From Myxococcota bacterium (GTDB lineage: Bacteria > Myxococcota_A > UBA796 > CAJQPC01): a stretch of 64,000 bases of DNA. Below the pieces are notes generated by a model. It searched no databases, was not told the origin of the DNA, and was given only the letters and a program-made list of their open reading frames with translations. The stretch covers positions 80,215 to 144,214 of the forward strand of contig DASCPX010000071.1 in assembly GCA_036012755.1 (NCBI GenBank), in the 5' to 3' direction. Each line of letters starts with the position of its first letter. Position 1 is the first letter of the stretch. The translations under genes and the position numbers were made by a program. Positions 51,428 through 61,947 of this stretch are shown here, in pieces.

Positions 51428-54382
51428 GGCCTCGTCGACTTGTTCGCGGCGAGGATCCCGGTGCCCGCTGGCCCGGAAGAGCTGGGCCGAGGCGCGGAAG
51501 AAGCGCACGGCGTCCGTCGTCCGTCCCAGCTGAAGCGACACCGCCGCGAGATCGGCGCTCGCCATGGCCGCTCCGGCGAGGTCCCCGGTCCGCTTGAACT
51601 GGCGCACGGACTTTTGGAAGAGCGAGGCAGCGCCTGCAAGATCGCCGCCGCCCCGGAGCACCTCCGCGTGCGCCGAGTCGCAGCGTCCGGCGATGACTTG
51701 ATCCTGGACGGTCTGGGCGCGCTCGCTGGCCTCTGAGAAGGCCTCGACGGCGCGTTCCGTGTCTCCCTTCCGGGCGTGGAAGGAGCCCCTGGACTCCAAG
51801 ACGAGGGCCAACAGCCTGGTGTCCCCTACCCCACGCGCGAGCAGCTCGGCCTCGTCGAGCCGAGGTTCGGCATCGGCGTCCCGATCCTCCGCGAGGTCCA
51901 GCTCCGCGCCGAGAGCGAGGGCGTGGGCGAGCCGGCGATCGAGGCCGAGTCGCCGGGCGAGCGCCTCTGCCCCCGATGCGTGATGCCGCGCGGCGTCCGC
52001 GTCCCCTTCGAGCCGGCACAGCTCCGCCCGCAACAGGCCCCCGTCGACGCGCCTCCAGTCGTCGCTGGCCACCCGAAGCTCGGTGAGGATGGCGTCGTGT
52101 TTGGCGAGGAGGCAGTCCGCGCTCTCCACGTCCTGACCGGCGAGGGCTCGGTCGATGGCCTGCTGGAGCTGTGCGAGAGAGCCAGTGTGCCGACCCGCCG
52201 CGTAGAGGTGGCGCGCGATGCGGATCGGGTCGGCCTGCCGCTCCTTCAGCATCTCGGCGCAGGTCCGGTTGTGGACCTTCCAACGCCCCGATGTCCTGGC
52301 GCCGTCGAGCAGGTGGTTGCGGAGCATCGCGTGGACCAGGGACCAGCCGCGCTCGGGCCCGCTCTCCCCGCAGCGCGCAAGCCGGAGGCGGATCAGGGTG
52401 TCGACGAGGTCCGGTGTGGGGATCGCCCACGCGCGCTCGCAGGCGGCGGACCACTCGACAGGAACGACCTCCTGTCCGAGCACCGCCGCGATCTCGAGGG
52501 CGCGGGTGTCGTCGGCTGGACGGAAGGCGAGAGCGGAGATCAGGCGCTGGGCCCACATCCGCTGGAGATCCTCTGGCATCTCGAGGGGAGAGTCCTCCCG
52601 GATGCGGAAGCCGAGCTCGCCGACCTCGAGCAGGTCACGGTGGACCCAGTCGGCCACCAACTGCACCGCGAAGAGTGGGTTGCCGCCGGAGCGCTCGGCG
52701 ACCTCGTCGATCAGGGGTCCCTCCATGCCGAGCAGCCCGCGGACGAGCTCCTCTCGGTCGTCCGAATCCAGCGGTGGAACACGTAGCTGGAGCACCTTCT
52801 CCGCGAAGCGCTTGCCCAGGCGTTCCAACGCGGCTCGCGCCCGGGGGGCTTCGTCGAGGGCTTCGTCCTGGACGGTGAGCAGGACGAGCACGGGGTAGGC
52901 CGGCTGTTCTTCGAGGAGCTGCTCGACCATGGACAGCGCAGGACCGCCCCACTGGACGTCGTCGAGCCAGCAGACGACCGGCCGCTCGCGGGTCAGGCGC
53001 TCCAGGACCCGGAGCACCACGGCTCGGCGCTGTCGTGGGCTGCCGAAGCGCACGGTGCGCGCCAGCGGTCCCCTCGAGACCAGAGAGGTCAGGGCGTCGA
53101 TCTCGTAGGGATCCGCTGGCCCGAAGAGCCGCAGCCACTCGACGATCCGATCGCGAAGCTGCTCGGGCAGGTCCTCGAGCCCGAGGCACTTCATCGTCCG
53201 GGCCAGCATGGGCCCGAGACCATCCTGGGGCCCTGAGTCCGCACCGTGAGAGGCCTGGACGACTGTGGCCTCGCCCCGTTCGTGGGCACGCCGCCCCAGC
53301 CACTCGCACAGGCGGCTCTTCCCGGTTCCAGCCGGCCCCGAGAGCACGACCACCTGGACTCCGGCCTCGACGGTCCGGCCCAGGGCCTCCCACAGGGCTG
53401 CTCGCTGGCGGCCCCTGTCGACGAGGGGGATCGTGCGCAGGCCGTAGAGCCCAAGGCCCGCGCCGACCATCGCCGCGCGACCATCGTAGGTCAGCTGGCG
53501 GGACGGTGGCGCATGCCGGCGGCCATCGAGAGCGCGGAGGGCCTCTGCGGCATCGGCGGCGCGCTGGAACCGGTCCCGCCGGTCCTTCGCCATCATCGTC
53601 TCGAGCCAGCCCTGCAGCCCGGCAGGCGCGGCGAAGCAAGGGAAGAGCTTGGGGATTGCCTTGGTCAGGTGGGCCTGGCGCATCTGCTTGATGGTGGAGG
53701 CGACGTAGGGCCCGCGGCCGGTGAGGATGCGGAAGACGAGGCAGCCCAGCGCGTAGAGATCGGTCCAGGGGCCCTGGTCGCGGACACTGCTCTTCCACTG
53801 CTCGGGGGCCATGTAGTGGGGCGTGCCGAGGAGGCGCCAGATGTCTCTCTCGGGCTCCGCGTGCACCGCCAGGCCGAAGTCCGCGAGCTTCAGCCCGGGG
53901 CGCAGGTCGTCGTCCGTGCAGAACAGGATGTTCGCCGGCTTGAGGTCCCGGTGCACCACCCCGCCGGCGTGGGCATGGGCCAGCGCATCCAGGAGGGTGA
54001 GCAAGGTCCCCCTCAGCATCGGCCACTTCCGGGGGCGCTCCACGTCGTCCAGCGTGCCCCCGCTGGCCCACTCCATCACCAGGAAGGGGCTGCCGCTGGC
54101 GATCTGGCCCTCCATGTCGAGCTCCAGCTGCAGCGGGATCACGCCGTGCTCGTAGACGGTGACGATGTTCGGATGGGACAGCTGCGCGACGGCGCGGACC
54201 TCGTTCTTGAAGCTCAGGAGCGCCCGCTCGTTCATGGTCAGCTCGGGCTTGAGCACCTTGATCGCGACAGCGAGCCGACTGGACGCGTGGCGGCCGAACC
54301 ACACGTCCCCGTTTGCACCAGTCCCGACCTTCTTCTCGAGCTGGAAAGGCCCGAGTGTGTAGCCGCTCAACCCGCTCTCCAA
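51407..54382 (-). CDS. Ser/Thr protein kinase with AAA ATPase and TPR-like regions
   Basis: GTGANG, VAIK, HRDLKPAN, DFG, GTPHYMAPE; GPAGTGKS, LDDVQW, GGNPLF. Confidence 0.92.
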   Translation of the reverse strand: MESGLSGYTLGPFQLEKKVGTGANGDVWFGRHASSRLAVAIKVLKPELTMNERALLSFKNEVRAVAQLSHPNIVTVYEHGVIPLQLELDMEGQIASGSPFLVMEWASGGTLDDVERPRKWPMLRGTLLTLLDALAHAHAGGVVHRDLKPANILFCTDDDLRPGLKLADFGLAVHAEPERDIWRLLGTPHYMAPEQWKSSVRDQGPWTDLYALGCLVFRILTGRGPYVASTIKQMRQAHLTKAIPKLFPCFAAPAGLQGWLETMMAKDRRDRFQRAADAAEALRALDGRRHAPPSRQLTYDGRAAMVGAGLGLYGLRTIPLVDRGRQRAALWEALGRTVEAGVQVVVLSGPAGTGKSRLCEWLGRRAHERGEATVVQASHGADSGPQDGLGPMLARTMKCLGLEDLPEQLRDRIVEWLRLFGPADPYEIDALTSLVSRGPLARTVRFGSPRQRRAVVLRVLERLTRERPVVCWLDDVQWGGPALSMVEQLLEEQPAYPVLVLLTVQDEALDEAPRARAALERLGKRFAEKVLQLRVPPLDSDDREELVRGLLGMEGPLIDEVAERSGGNPLFAVQLVADWVHRDLLEVGELGFRIREDSPLEMPEDLQRMWAQRLISALAFRPADDTRALEIAAVLGQEVVPVEWSAACERAWAIPTPDLVDTLIRLRLARCGESGPERGWSLVHAMLRNHLLDGARTSGRWKVHNRTCAEMLKERQADPIRIARHLYAAGRHTGSLAQLQQAIDRALAGQDVESADCLLAKHDAILTELRVASDDWRRVDGGLLRAELCRLEGDADAARHHASGAEALARRLGLDRRLAHALALGAELDLAEDRDADAEPRLDEAELLARGVGDTRLLALVLESRGSFHARKGDTERAVEAFSEASERAQTVQDQVIAGRCDSAHAEVLRGGGDLAGAASLFQKSVRQFKRTGDLAGAAMASADLAAVSLQLGRTTDAVRFFRASAQLFRASGHRDPRREQVDEALLEFGA

Positions 54383-54491
54383 GGTTGTCGAAGACTATCA
54401 AGGCAGGCGCATGGACACTCGTTCCGAGCGCCGATCGTCGCTGGTGTGAGCCACTCGGATCCCAGTGGTGGGAGCCCATCGGAGGCTCACG

Positions 54492-54720
54492 ATGACCTGC
54501 ATCTCCTGCCACGACTCAATCGCCGACGGCACGGGCACCTACACCGGAAACGGACTCGCCTGCGACGACTGTTGCGACGAGGCCTTCCACGAGGGCACGA
54601 GCCTGGAGGCGCCCGTCCTGCTCGATCAGGGCTCGGCGATCGCCGGCTTCGCGGCTGGTTTCCTGGCACAGGCCGCGATCGATCCGAACATCCTCTTCCT
54701 GCACGGCGCGGAGCGTGACA
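54492..54720 (+). CDS. Small Zn-ribbon protein (true 3' end uncertain)
   Basis: GGAGG then ATG 54492; CISC-x17-CDDC; frame stays open to 55133 but overlaps an opposite-strand gene. Confidence 0.5.
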
Positions 54721-55469
54721 ACGGCAGCATCGGCTGCTCGCTCAGCCCTCGGCCGCCCTCTCCGCTGCCCTTCTCGAAGGACAGGCCAAGCGGTTCCGTT
54801 ACGCGTCCTGCGAAGTCTCTTTGGACGCCCGCCACTTCCGCCACCCCTCGATGGCTTCCTCCATCGAGATCGGCCTTGGCGTCGCGTACCGCAGGCTCCC
54901 GTCCGGCTCGTGGAGACGGGCAGTTGAACGTCCGCTGTAGTGACGAAGATGCTGTCTGCCTGGCCCGCGTGGAGCACGAGCTGGCTGTCCCCTTCGAGCG
55001 CTCCGGCGACACCGTCGGTGTACTCGACGCGACCGATCACCCCTCCGCCGGCGTCCCACTCGGTCCAGACTCCGTGTGGGATCCCACCCTTCTTCATGGT
55101 CCCCTGCACCGCTGGGGTGCCGTCCTGTTGTGACCAGGTGCGCTGGATCAAGCCATCCGCCAGGAGCTCGTACTCCAGGTGCCCCAGCGGACTCCAGGAC
55201 TTCAGCCTGGTGGCCTCGCCGTGCTCGTAGGTGGCGTCCGACGCCACCTGGCCGTTGGCCCACCAGCTCGAATAGGGGCCATGACGCCCTCCCAACCCGA
55301 GCTCGTCTGGCACCAGACCTCGGCCCCTGGCTCGTAGGCGAAAGCGTCGGCACTGGGCTCCCCCTCGAAGGCCGCCCCGGCGATGGTGGCCCCCTCGGGA
55401 CAGGGCTTGCGCTTGTCCCACCAGGGTTTCTCCGAAGCACAGGCCATCACGATCACACCCATCCCCATG
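54700..55469 (-). pseudogene. Frameshifted MORN-variant (YwqK-like) repeat lipoprotein
   Basis: MAC...CPEG...WC, then after a frame change HGPYSSWWANGQ and PHGVWTEWD; ends approximate. Confidence 0.55.
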
Positions 55470-55549
55470 AGCCCTGGGTAGCATGGGAGCATGGCAAGCA
55501 GCGAACGCAGCGCGAGGCTCCCGCTCGAACCCGCCGCGAAGGCGCTGTC

Positions 55550-56818
55550 GTGATCGCGCTGTTGGCTTGCGCCGCCTCCGTCCCCTCCGCCGAGGACTCC
55601 CGGCCCGAGCCCAACGTGCTCCCAGACGGCCCGGGCTCCGAGTACGGCGGCGACTCCGACGATCTCTTCGACCCCCAGACCATCCACCGCTTCGTCGTGA
55701 CCACCGAGAGCGACGACTGGGAGGGGATCGTCGAGCACCCGGAGAAGGAGGAGTACATCCGAGCCACCGTCGAGCTCGGCGACGTGCGCGTCGAGGACGT
55801 CGGAGTGCGCTTCAAGGGCAGCTGGGGGAGCCTCTTCTGGTGCGCCGACGGCACGATGGACTGCGACAAGCTCAACCTGAAGTTCGACTTCCACGAGTAC
55901 GACGAAGAGCAGCGCTTCTACGAGCTGAAGAAGCTGAACTTCCACGCCATGGAAGTCGACGACTCCAACATGCGCGAGCACCTCGCCTACAAGGTCTGGC
56001 GGGACGCCGGGGTCCCCGCGTCACGCACGGGCTGGGCGACCCTGGAGGTCAACGGCGAGGATCTCGGGCTCTTCCTCCTCGTCGAGCAGGTCGACGGGCG
56101 CTTCACCCGCCACCGCTGGGGGAGCGAGGGCGAGGGCGACCTCTACAAGGAGGTCTGGCTCACGGAGACCTCGGTCGAGGCCTGGCGCGCGGGCCTCGAG
56201 AGCAACCGCGAAGAGAGCCCCACCCCGGAGCGCATGGTCGAGATGGCCGAGGCGCTGTCCGCTACGACCGACGAGGACTTCGTCGCCGTGCTCTCGGAGT
56301 GGATGGATCCCGCGGCGCTCACCCGCTTCCTGGCGGCCCTGGAGCTCACCGGCAGCTTCGACAGCATCACCGCCTTCTACTGCGCCTGGGGGGCTTGCAA
56401 CAACCACAACTACTTCTGGTACGACAAGGGCGACGAGATCGTGCTCATCCCGTGGGACATGGACCGCAGCTTCGCCGTACCGGTGCCGCTCTTCGACACC
56501 CACGGCCTGTCGAACTGGCACGAGGAGAGCGACTGCGAGCGCATCGACGTCTTCGGCATCCAGGCGCTCCCGCCGAGCTGTGATCCCTTCTTCGAGCTGG
56601 CCCGCGCCACCACGCTGGTCGAGGACTACCAGGCGGATCTGGATGACATCCACGCAGGCGCCGCCTCGCTGGAGTCACTGGAGACCGAGATCGACCGACT
56701 CGAGGTCTTCCTCGCCGAGGCCGTCGCAGACGATCCAGTCGGTCCCACACAAGCCGAGTGGCGGGCGGGCGTCGACGACCTGCGAGGCGACATCGCCGAT
56801 CTGACTGGTCGTTACTGA
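55550..56818 (+). CDS. CotH kinase family lipoprotein
   Basis: VGVRFKG, K-NLKFDF, MREHLAY, VNGE-LG-F-LVEQ, HNY, IPWDMD. Confidence 0.88.
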   Translation: MIALLACAASVPSAEDSRPEPNVLPDGPGSEYGGDSDDLFDPQTIHRFVVTTESDDWEGIVEHPEKEEYIRATVELGDVRVEDVGVRFKGSWGSLFWCADGTMDCDKLNLKFDFHEYDEEQRFYELKKLNFHAMEVDDSNMREHLAYKVWRDAGVPASRTGWATLEVNGEDLGLFLLVEQVDGRFTRHRWGSEGEGDLYKEVWLTETSVEAWRAGLESNREESPTPERMVEMAEALSATTDEDFVAVLSEWMDPAALTRFLAALELTGSFDSITAFYCAWGACNNHNYFWYDKGDEIVLIPWDMDRSFAVPVPLFDTHGLSNWHEESDCERIDVFGIQALPPSCDPFFELARATTLVEDYQADLDDIHAGAASLESLETEIDRLEVFLAEAVADDPVGPTQAEWRAGVDDLRGDIADLTGRY

Positions 56819-56898
56819 TCCCGACGACGACGCAACGCCACCAACAGGGACACCAGCATCGCCGCCGCCGCTCCCGGTCCTGGGCGGCGTCCGAGCGG

Positions 56899-57090
56899 TC
56901 AGGTGATCAGCTGCAGCACGATGTAGACGAGCGGCCAGAAGAGGACCTGCACGACGAAGCCCCAGATGACGCCCTGGAAGGTGCGCTCCACCCGGCGGGC
57001 ATGACAGCCCTCGCAGAGCAGCCCACCGGCCGAGTGGGTGCCCTCACCTTGGGGGATCTCAGTGCTGCAGCGCCGACAGGTCTCCGCCGG
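56899..57090 (-). other. Zn-ribbon plus TM coding segment lacking a start codon
   Basis: PAETCRRC-x17-CEGC...VIWGFVVQVLFWPLVYIVLQLIT-stop. Confidence 0.5.
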
Positions 57091-57091
57091 A

Positions 57092-58660
57092 TCAGATCGT
57101 GATGATCGTGTCCATGTTGGACCAGCGCCGCCAGAGCGTGTGGGTCAGCTCACCCTCGACGGCCATCCTCGCGCAGGTCTGACCCATCTTCACGAAGTTG
57201 GCCGCGTGCGCCATCTGGATGAGCGGCCAGGGGTGCTTCCTCAGGAACGAGGACTTGGAGAGCCCGCGCAGAAGCGACTTGGGGATCCACGGCTTGGACT
57301 GCATCTGGATGAGCGAGATCCAGAAGGTGTCCTCGACCGGTCGCGGATAGGCCAGGTTCACCCTGTGCTGGTAGAAGACGCGGGTGTTCTTCCCCTCGAC
57401 GTCGTACTCGGTGATGATGCCGCTGGCGAGGAGCTTGTTGACCAGTTCGGAGCCCGGGAAGATCGTCATCGAGAAGAGGTAGAGGTCGTAGGGGGCCGGG
57501 AAGGTCTCCACCATGTTGAAGAGCGACTCCTTGTCGCCCTCGGTCGAGACGGGGTCGTCGAAGATGAGCTGGAAGTGTCCCTTGATCCCGAGCTTGTGGA
57601 AGAGCGCGGCGATCTCCTCGACGGTCTGGTTCTTGACGCGCCGGTCATAGAGGTGGCCGGTGACGCGCTCGCTGGACTGGATGCCCATGTAGACGCTGAC
57701 GAGCCCGGCGTCCCGGAGCATCGTCATGCGCTCCTCCGAGACCAGCTTGGGCTCGATGAAGACCTCGAAGGGGAGCCCGACCTCGCGCGGGAAGAGCTCG
57801 CAGAAGTCCTCGAGCCACCCCTTCTGGAAGTTGAAGACCTCGTCGTCGAAGCGGATGCGCTTGAAGTCCCAGTGCTTTCGGGCCTGCTTGATCTCGTCGA
57901 TCATCGACCGCGGGGTCCTCACCCGGAACCACTTCTGGCCCGGGTAGACATCTTTCTTGTAGGTGGAGTTGTAGCAGTAGCTGCACTTGTAGATGCAGCC
58001 CCGGCTCCCCATCATCTGGAAGACCGGGTCGCCGTGCATCGGGTCGCCCTGCGAGAACTCCTTCCCGTAGATCAGGTACTTGTGCTCGTGGCTCGTGTAG
58101 TCCCGGTACTGGAGCGTATCGAGGTCCCCCACCAGCGGACGCAGCCCGTTTTCCTTCACGCTCCCATCGGCCATCCGGAAGTCGACGTTCTCCGTGGCCA
58201 GGGCGTCCTCGTCGTCCCGGAGCCGGTCGCAGAGGTCGGTCAGCGCCAGCTCGCCCTCGCCCTTGAGCACCATGTCCGCGTGCTCGATGCACTCCTCGGG
58301 CACCAGCGTCGGGTGCATGCCGCCCCAGAGCACGGCGCAGTCCGTGTGCTCGTTGATGTGCTCCGTCAGCATCACGCTGACCTGGTAGTAGGCAGAGGCC
58401 CGGATGCTGATGCAGAGGAGCTCGATTCGCTCCTGTCGGATCAGCTTGACGAGGTTCTCCAGCTCGAGATCGCTGGGCGGCTGGATGTGGTTGCTGATCC
58501 AGTCCTTGAAGTAGATCTCGGTGGTGGTGTAGCCGGCCTCTCGGAGATGGGCCGCGATGACGCGGATCGCGTTGTTCTCGACGTCCCAGGTCGACAGGAG
58601 CCCGACGCGGGGGCCGCGGCCCCTGGTCGCGTCGACGAGACGTTGGAGTCGAGGGGTCAT
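57092..58660 (-). CDS. B12-binding radical SAM protein
   Basis: WGGMHPT, GEGE, SRGCIYKCSYC, FDDEVF, MGIQS. Confidence 0.9.
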   Translation of the reverse strand: MTPRLQRLVDATRGRGPRVGLLSTWDVENNAIRVIAAHLREAGYTTTEIYFKDWISNHIQPPSDLELENLVKLIRQERIELLCISIRASAYYQVSVMLTEHINEHTDCAVLWGGMHPTLVPEECIEHADMVLKGEGELALTDLCDRLRDDEDALATENVDFRMADGSVKENGLRPLVGDLDTLQYRDYTSHEHKYLIYGKEFSQGDPMHGDPVFQMMGSRGCIYKCSYCYNSTYKKDVYPGQKWFRVRTPRSMIDEIKQARKHWDFKRIRFDDEVFNFQKGWLEDFCELFPREVGLPFEVFIEPKLVSEERMTMLRDAGLVSVYMGIQSSERVTGHLYDRRVKNQTVEEIAALFHKLGIKGHFQLIFDDPVSTEGDKESLFNMVETFPAPYDLYLFSMTIFPGSELVNKLLASGIITEYDVEGKNTRVFYQHRVNLAYPRPVEDTFWISLIQMQSKPWIPKSLLRGLSKSSFLRKHPWPLIQMAHAANFVKMGQTCARMAVEGELTHTLWRRWSNMDTIITI

Positions 58661-58750
58661 GCGAGCACTCCTGAGGCCACGAGGCACTAGGCCTGGGTAT
58701 CCGGCAGGTTGCGGCGAGGCCGGCCTATTATGCCGCTCGTTGGAGGCCGC

Positions 58751-59572
58751 GTGATCGCCTGGAGCCTGGCAGTACTGCTGAGCACAGCCTCGGCCGAGGT
58801 GCCAGAGGCCGACTGGGCGCCGCTGGTGAGCGAGGAGGTCCTGCTCGTCAACCCCGCCGGGAAGCAGATCCAGGGGGTGTTGCTCTCGGCCGAGGGGGAG
58901 TCGATCGTCATCCGGCGGCTCTCGGACGAAAGGGAGTTCACCATCCCCAAGTCCGAGGTCGAGACGGTCGGTCTGCTCCACCCGCCGACAGAGGCCCGGA
59001 TCGACGTCGAGCAGCCGCTCGGGGCCCTCAAGGACACCACGACAGAGGTCGTGGACTCGGCCAAGGACTCCACCACAGAGGCGGTCCGCGAGACCCTCGG
59101 GGTGGAAGAGAAGACCGACGAGCCGGAGGTGGTGGTTCTCGACGAGGAGGCCCCGGTCCTCGACCGGCCCGTGCTCGGGGACGGCAAGACCTACGCAGAG
59201 GGCCTGCGCGCCGGACGGCTCGACGCCCAGACACAGAAGATCGTCCAGCCCTTCCTCATCAGCGGTGGGGTCACCTGCTGCGCGACCGCTGGACCCTGCC
59301 TGCTGAGCCCCGTCTTCGGCGGCTGCTTGGGGCTCGCGGCGGGCGCTGCCGGACCGGTCTACTTCGCAGGGGTGCGCCCCTACACCATCAAGGCGGACCT
59401 CAACAAGAAGGTCGCCGACGAGCCCACCGAGTTCGCCGCCGGCTACGTGCGGGGCTACACGGACGAGGTCCAGAGGCGGGAGACGCTGATGGCCGCTGCC
59501 GGAGCCGGGACCGGCTTCCTCGTCGGTGCTGGCATCGGGTTGGTTGGCTTCGTGGTCGTCTCCGGCCTGTGA
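58751..59572 (+). CDS. Hypothetical exported/membrane protein
   Basis: Signal-like N-terminus after GGAGG; Gly-rich hydrophobic C-terminal segments. Confidence 0.65.
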   Translation: MIAWSLAVLLSTASAEVPEADWAPLVSEEVLLVNPAGKQIQGVLLSAEGESIVIRRLSDEREFTIPKSEVETVGLLHPPTEARIDVEQPLGALKDTTTEVVDSAKDSTTEAVRETLGVEEKTDEPEVVVLDEEAPVLDRPVLGDGKTYAEGLRAGRLDAQTQKIVQPFLISGGVTCCATAGPCLLSPVFGGCLGLAAGAAGPVYFAGVRPYTIKADLNKKVADEPTEFAAGYVRGYTDEVQRRETLMAAAGAGTGFLVGAGIGLVGFVVVSGL

Positions 59573-59624
59573 ACGCAAGAGCCCGGCGGCCCACGCCTAT
59601 CGGGTAGGACAGGAGGAGAGAATC

Positions 59625-61004
59625 GTGGACACCGTCTTCGACGGACCCGTCGTCATCGTCGGCGGAGGCATCGCCGGGCTCGTCAGCGCACAGCTGCTGC
59701 TCGAGGCCGGCTGCGACGTCACGGTCATCGAGCGCGGCGAGGTCATCGGCGGCCTCGCGCGGAGCTTCACCTATGACGGCTTCACCTTCGACGTGGGCCC
59801 GCACCGGTTCTACACAGAGAACCCGAACGTGAAGTCCTACCTCGACCGCGTCATCAAGGGGGACGGCACCATGTTCCCGCGGCGGTCGGAGGTGTACTTC
59901 ATGGGCAAGTACTACCGGTGGCCGCTGCACCCGAAGAACCTCCTGCAGCTGCCGGTCGGGCTCGCCGGAAAGAGCTTCGTGGACCTCGGCCTGAACAACT
60001 TCCGGGAGTACGAGGTCGACAGCTTCGAGCAGTACGTGCTGCGCCAGTACGGCCCCACGCTCTACAAGCACTTCTTCGAGGACTACAGCCGCAAGTTCCT
60101 CGGCATCGAGCCCCGAGACACCCACCCGGACTGGGCAAAGGTCGGGCTCAATCGAGCCATCATCGACGACAAGATGCAGATGCAGAACCTCACGCAGCTG
60201 CTCAAGACGACCCTGCTCCAGTACAACAAGGCCGAGATGGACTTCCTCTACCCCACCCGGGGCATGTGGCAGGCTTGGGAGAAGGTCAGCGCGACCATCA
60301 AGGCCCTGGGCGGCCGCATCATCACGGGCACCGAGGCGACCATGCGCGGACAGAGCGGTCGCGTGGAGAAGGTCTTCGCCGGCGAGGAGGAGTTCGATCC
60401 GGCCGTGGTCATCTGGACCGCACCGATCACCGCTGCGACGGAGCAGCTGGGGGTCCGGACGCCGAACCTGCCCTACCTCGGCATGCTGCTGTACAACGTC
60501 TGCGCCGACTGCGAGGTCCCCCGCAACTACCAGTGGTGCTACTACGGCGCACAGGATCTCGTCTTCAACCGCATCAGCATCCCGAAGGAGTTCAGCCTCG
60601 CCACCGTGCCGGACCCGAAGGCGACCGGGCTGAACGTCGAGGTCACCTGCATGAAGGGCGACGAGCGCTGGCGCCACGCCGAGCGCTTGACCGACTGGGT
60701 GGTCGACGACCTCGTGAAGGTGGGCCTCCTCCCCAACCGAAGGGTCGTGCACGACGTCTTCGTCGAGCGGGTCGAGGACAGCTACCCCATCTACCACAAG
60801 ACCTACCCGGTGGAACTCGAGGTCGCGCGAGCTGGCCTCACGCCCTTCGCGAACCTCCACCTCGCAGGTCGCACCGGGCTGTTCTGGTACAACAACATGG
60901 ACCACTCGATCGAGAACGCCATGCAGCTCTGCACGAAGCTGCTGCGCGAGGCCGGAAAGGCCGAGATCGAAGAGTCGAAGCTCGCAGCTGGAACGGCTGC
61001 CTGA
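59625..61004 (+). CDS. FAD-dependent oxidoreductase (UDP-galactopyranose mutase/HemY-like)
   Basis: IVGGGIAGL, GGLARS, FDVGPHRF, FLYP-RG, YPIY, GRTG-F-YNNMDH. Confidence 0.85.
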   Translation: MDTVFDGPVVIVGGGIAGLVSAQLLLEAGCDVTVIERGEVIGGLARSFTYDGFTFDVGPHRFYTENPNVKSYLDRVIKGDGTMFPRRSEVYFMGKYYRWPLHPKNLLQLPVGLAGKSFVDLGLNNFREYEVDSFEQYVLRQYGPTLYKHFFEDYSRKFLGIEPRDTHPDWAKVGLNRAIIDDKMQMQNLTQLLKTTLLQYNKAEMDFLYPTRGMWQAWEKVSATIKALGGRIITGTEATMRGQSGRVEKVFAGEEEFDPAVVIWTAPITAATEQLGVRTPNLPYLGMLLYNVCADCEVPRNYQWCYYGAQDLVFNRISIPKEFSLATVPDPKATGLNVEVTCMKGDERWRHAERLTDWVVDDLVKVGLLPNRRVVHDVFVERVEDSYPIYHKTYPVELEVARAGLTPFANLHLAGRTGLFWYNNMDHSIENAMQLCTKLLREAGKAEIEESKLAAGTAA

Positions 61005-61900
61005 ATGCTGGCACTGATAGCAGCCGCCTCGGCCGGAAACGTGGAGCTCGTCTCGGGCCAGCCCCAGGACCAGGACTTCCAGGACTGCCTGGCGAGTCCG
61101 AACTGCGAAGAGAACTTCAAGAGCTTCCTCGGGCAGTCCATGTCCGAGCAGGGCTTCACGATGCAGCACCACGCGATCGCCGACTCGGCCCTGTCGAACC
61201 CGGGCGAGGGGCTCGTCGTGGGTGCGGCCCTGTCGACCTTCCCCTTCGGCCCACCGGTGGAGAACCTCTCGGGAAAGGAGGAGAACACCTCCTTCTCTCC
61301 TGTGTTCCCGAGGCTCCAGGTGGCCTGGTTCGGACAGCGCTGGAGTGTCGGCGCCTTCGGACTGCCTCCGATCCCGGTCAGCGGCGCCTCCGCGTGGACC
61401 GCGGGCCTGTCCGGCTCGGTGACCCGCCCCCTCGGCGACTGGACCGGCGGGCTGGAGGCCGACTTCAGCTACCTCGTGGCGAACGCTCCCGTCACCGCGA
61501 GTCAGGAACAGATCGACGACAGGGACTCCTTGTCGAACCCCGACAACCTCGATCCGGACGTCGCGGACGCCAGCTGCGGTGGCGACGGCTGCATCGACCG
61601 CTTCACCCTAGCCAACTTCGCCTTGCGGGCGGGGGTCTCCCGAGAGCTCGGGCGCCTCACCCCCTACGGCAAGCTGGGCGTGACCCGAGTCAACGAGCGC
61701 CTCGCGGTGGAGTACGACAGCACCGAATGGCTCCTGCGGGTGACCCAGCCCTCGCCCATCTCGGCTGCGGGCTCTCACTCGGTGAGCGCTGGTTCCTGGG
61801 CGCGGGCGCCTCTGTGGCGCTGAAGACGGCGGTGACCCAGCGGGGGAGCGGCGGGCCGGTCTTCTACAAGCTGGAAGGTGCCGCAGCCGTCCGCTTCTGA
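61005..61900 (+). pseudogene. Outer-membrane beta-barrel-like protein with a frameshift near 61755
   Basis: Alternating beta-strand pattern continues in the other frame (AHLGCGLSLGERWFLGAG...AAVRF) and ends in Phe. Confidence 0.55.
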
Positions 61901-61947
61901 GACGCAATAGGGAGTCGGGCCAGCTCGAAGTCCTGACAGGAGGTTCA

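Noticed and set aside
51407..54382. Kinase-ATPase-TPR protein as part of the dynamin cassette
   Set aside because: Separated by unrelated genes; a common architecture in myxobacteria
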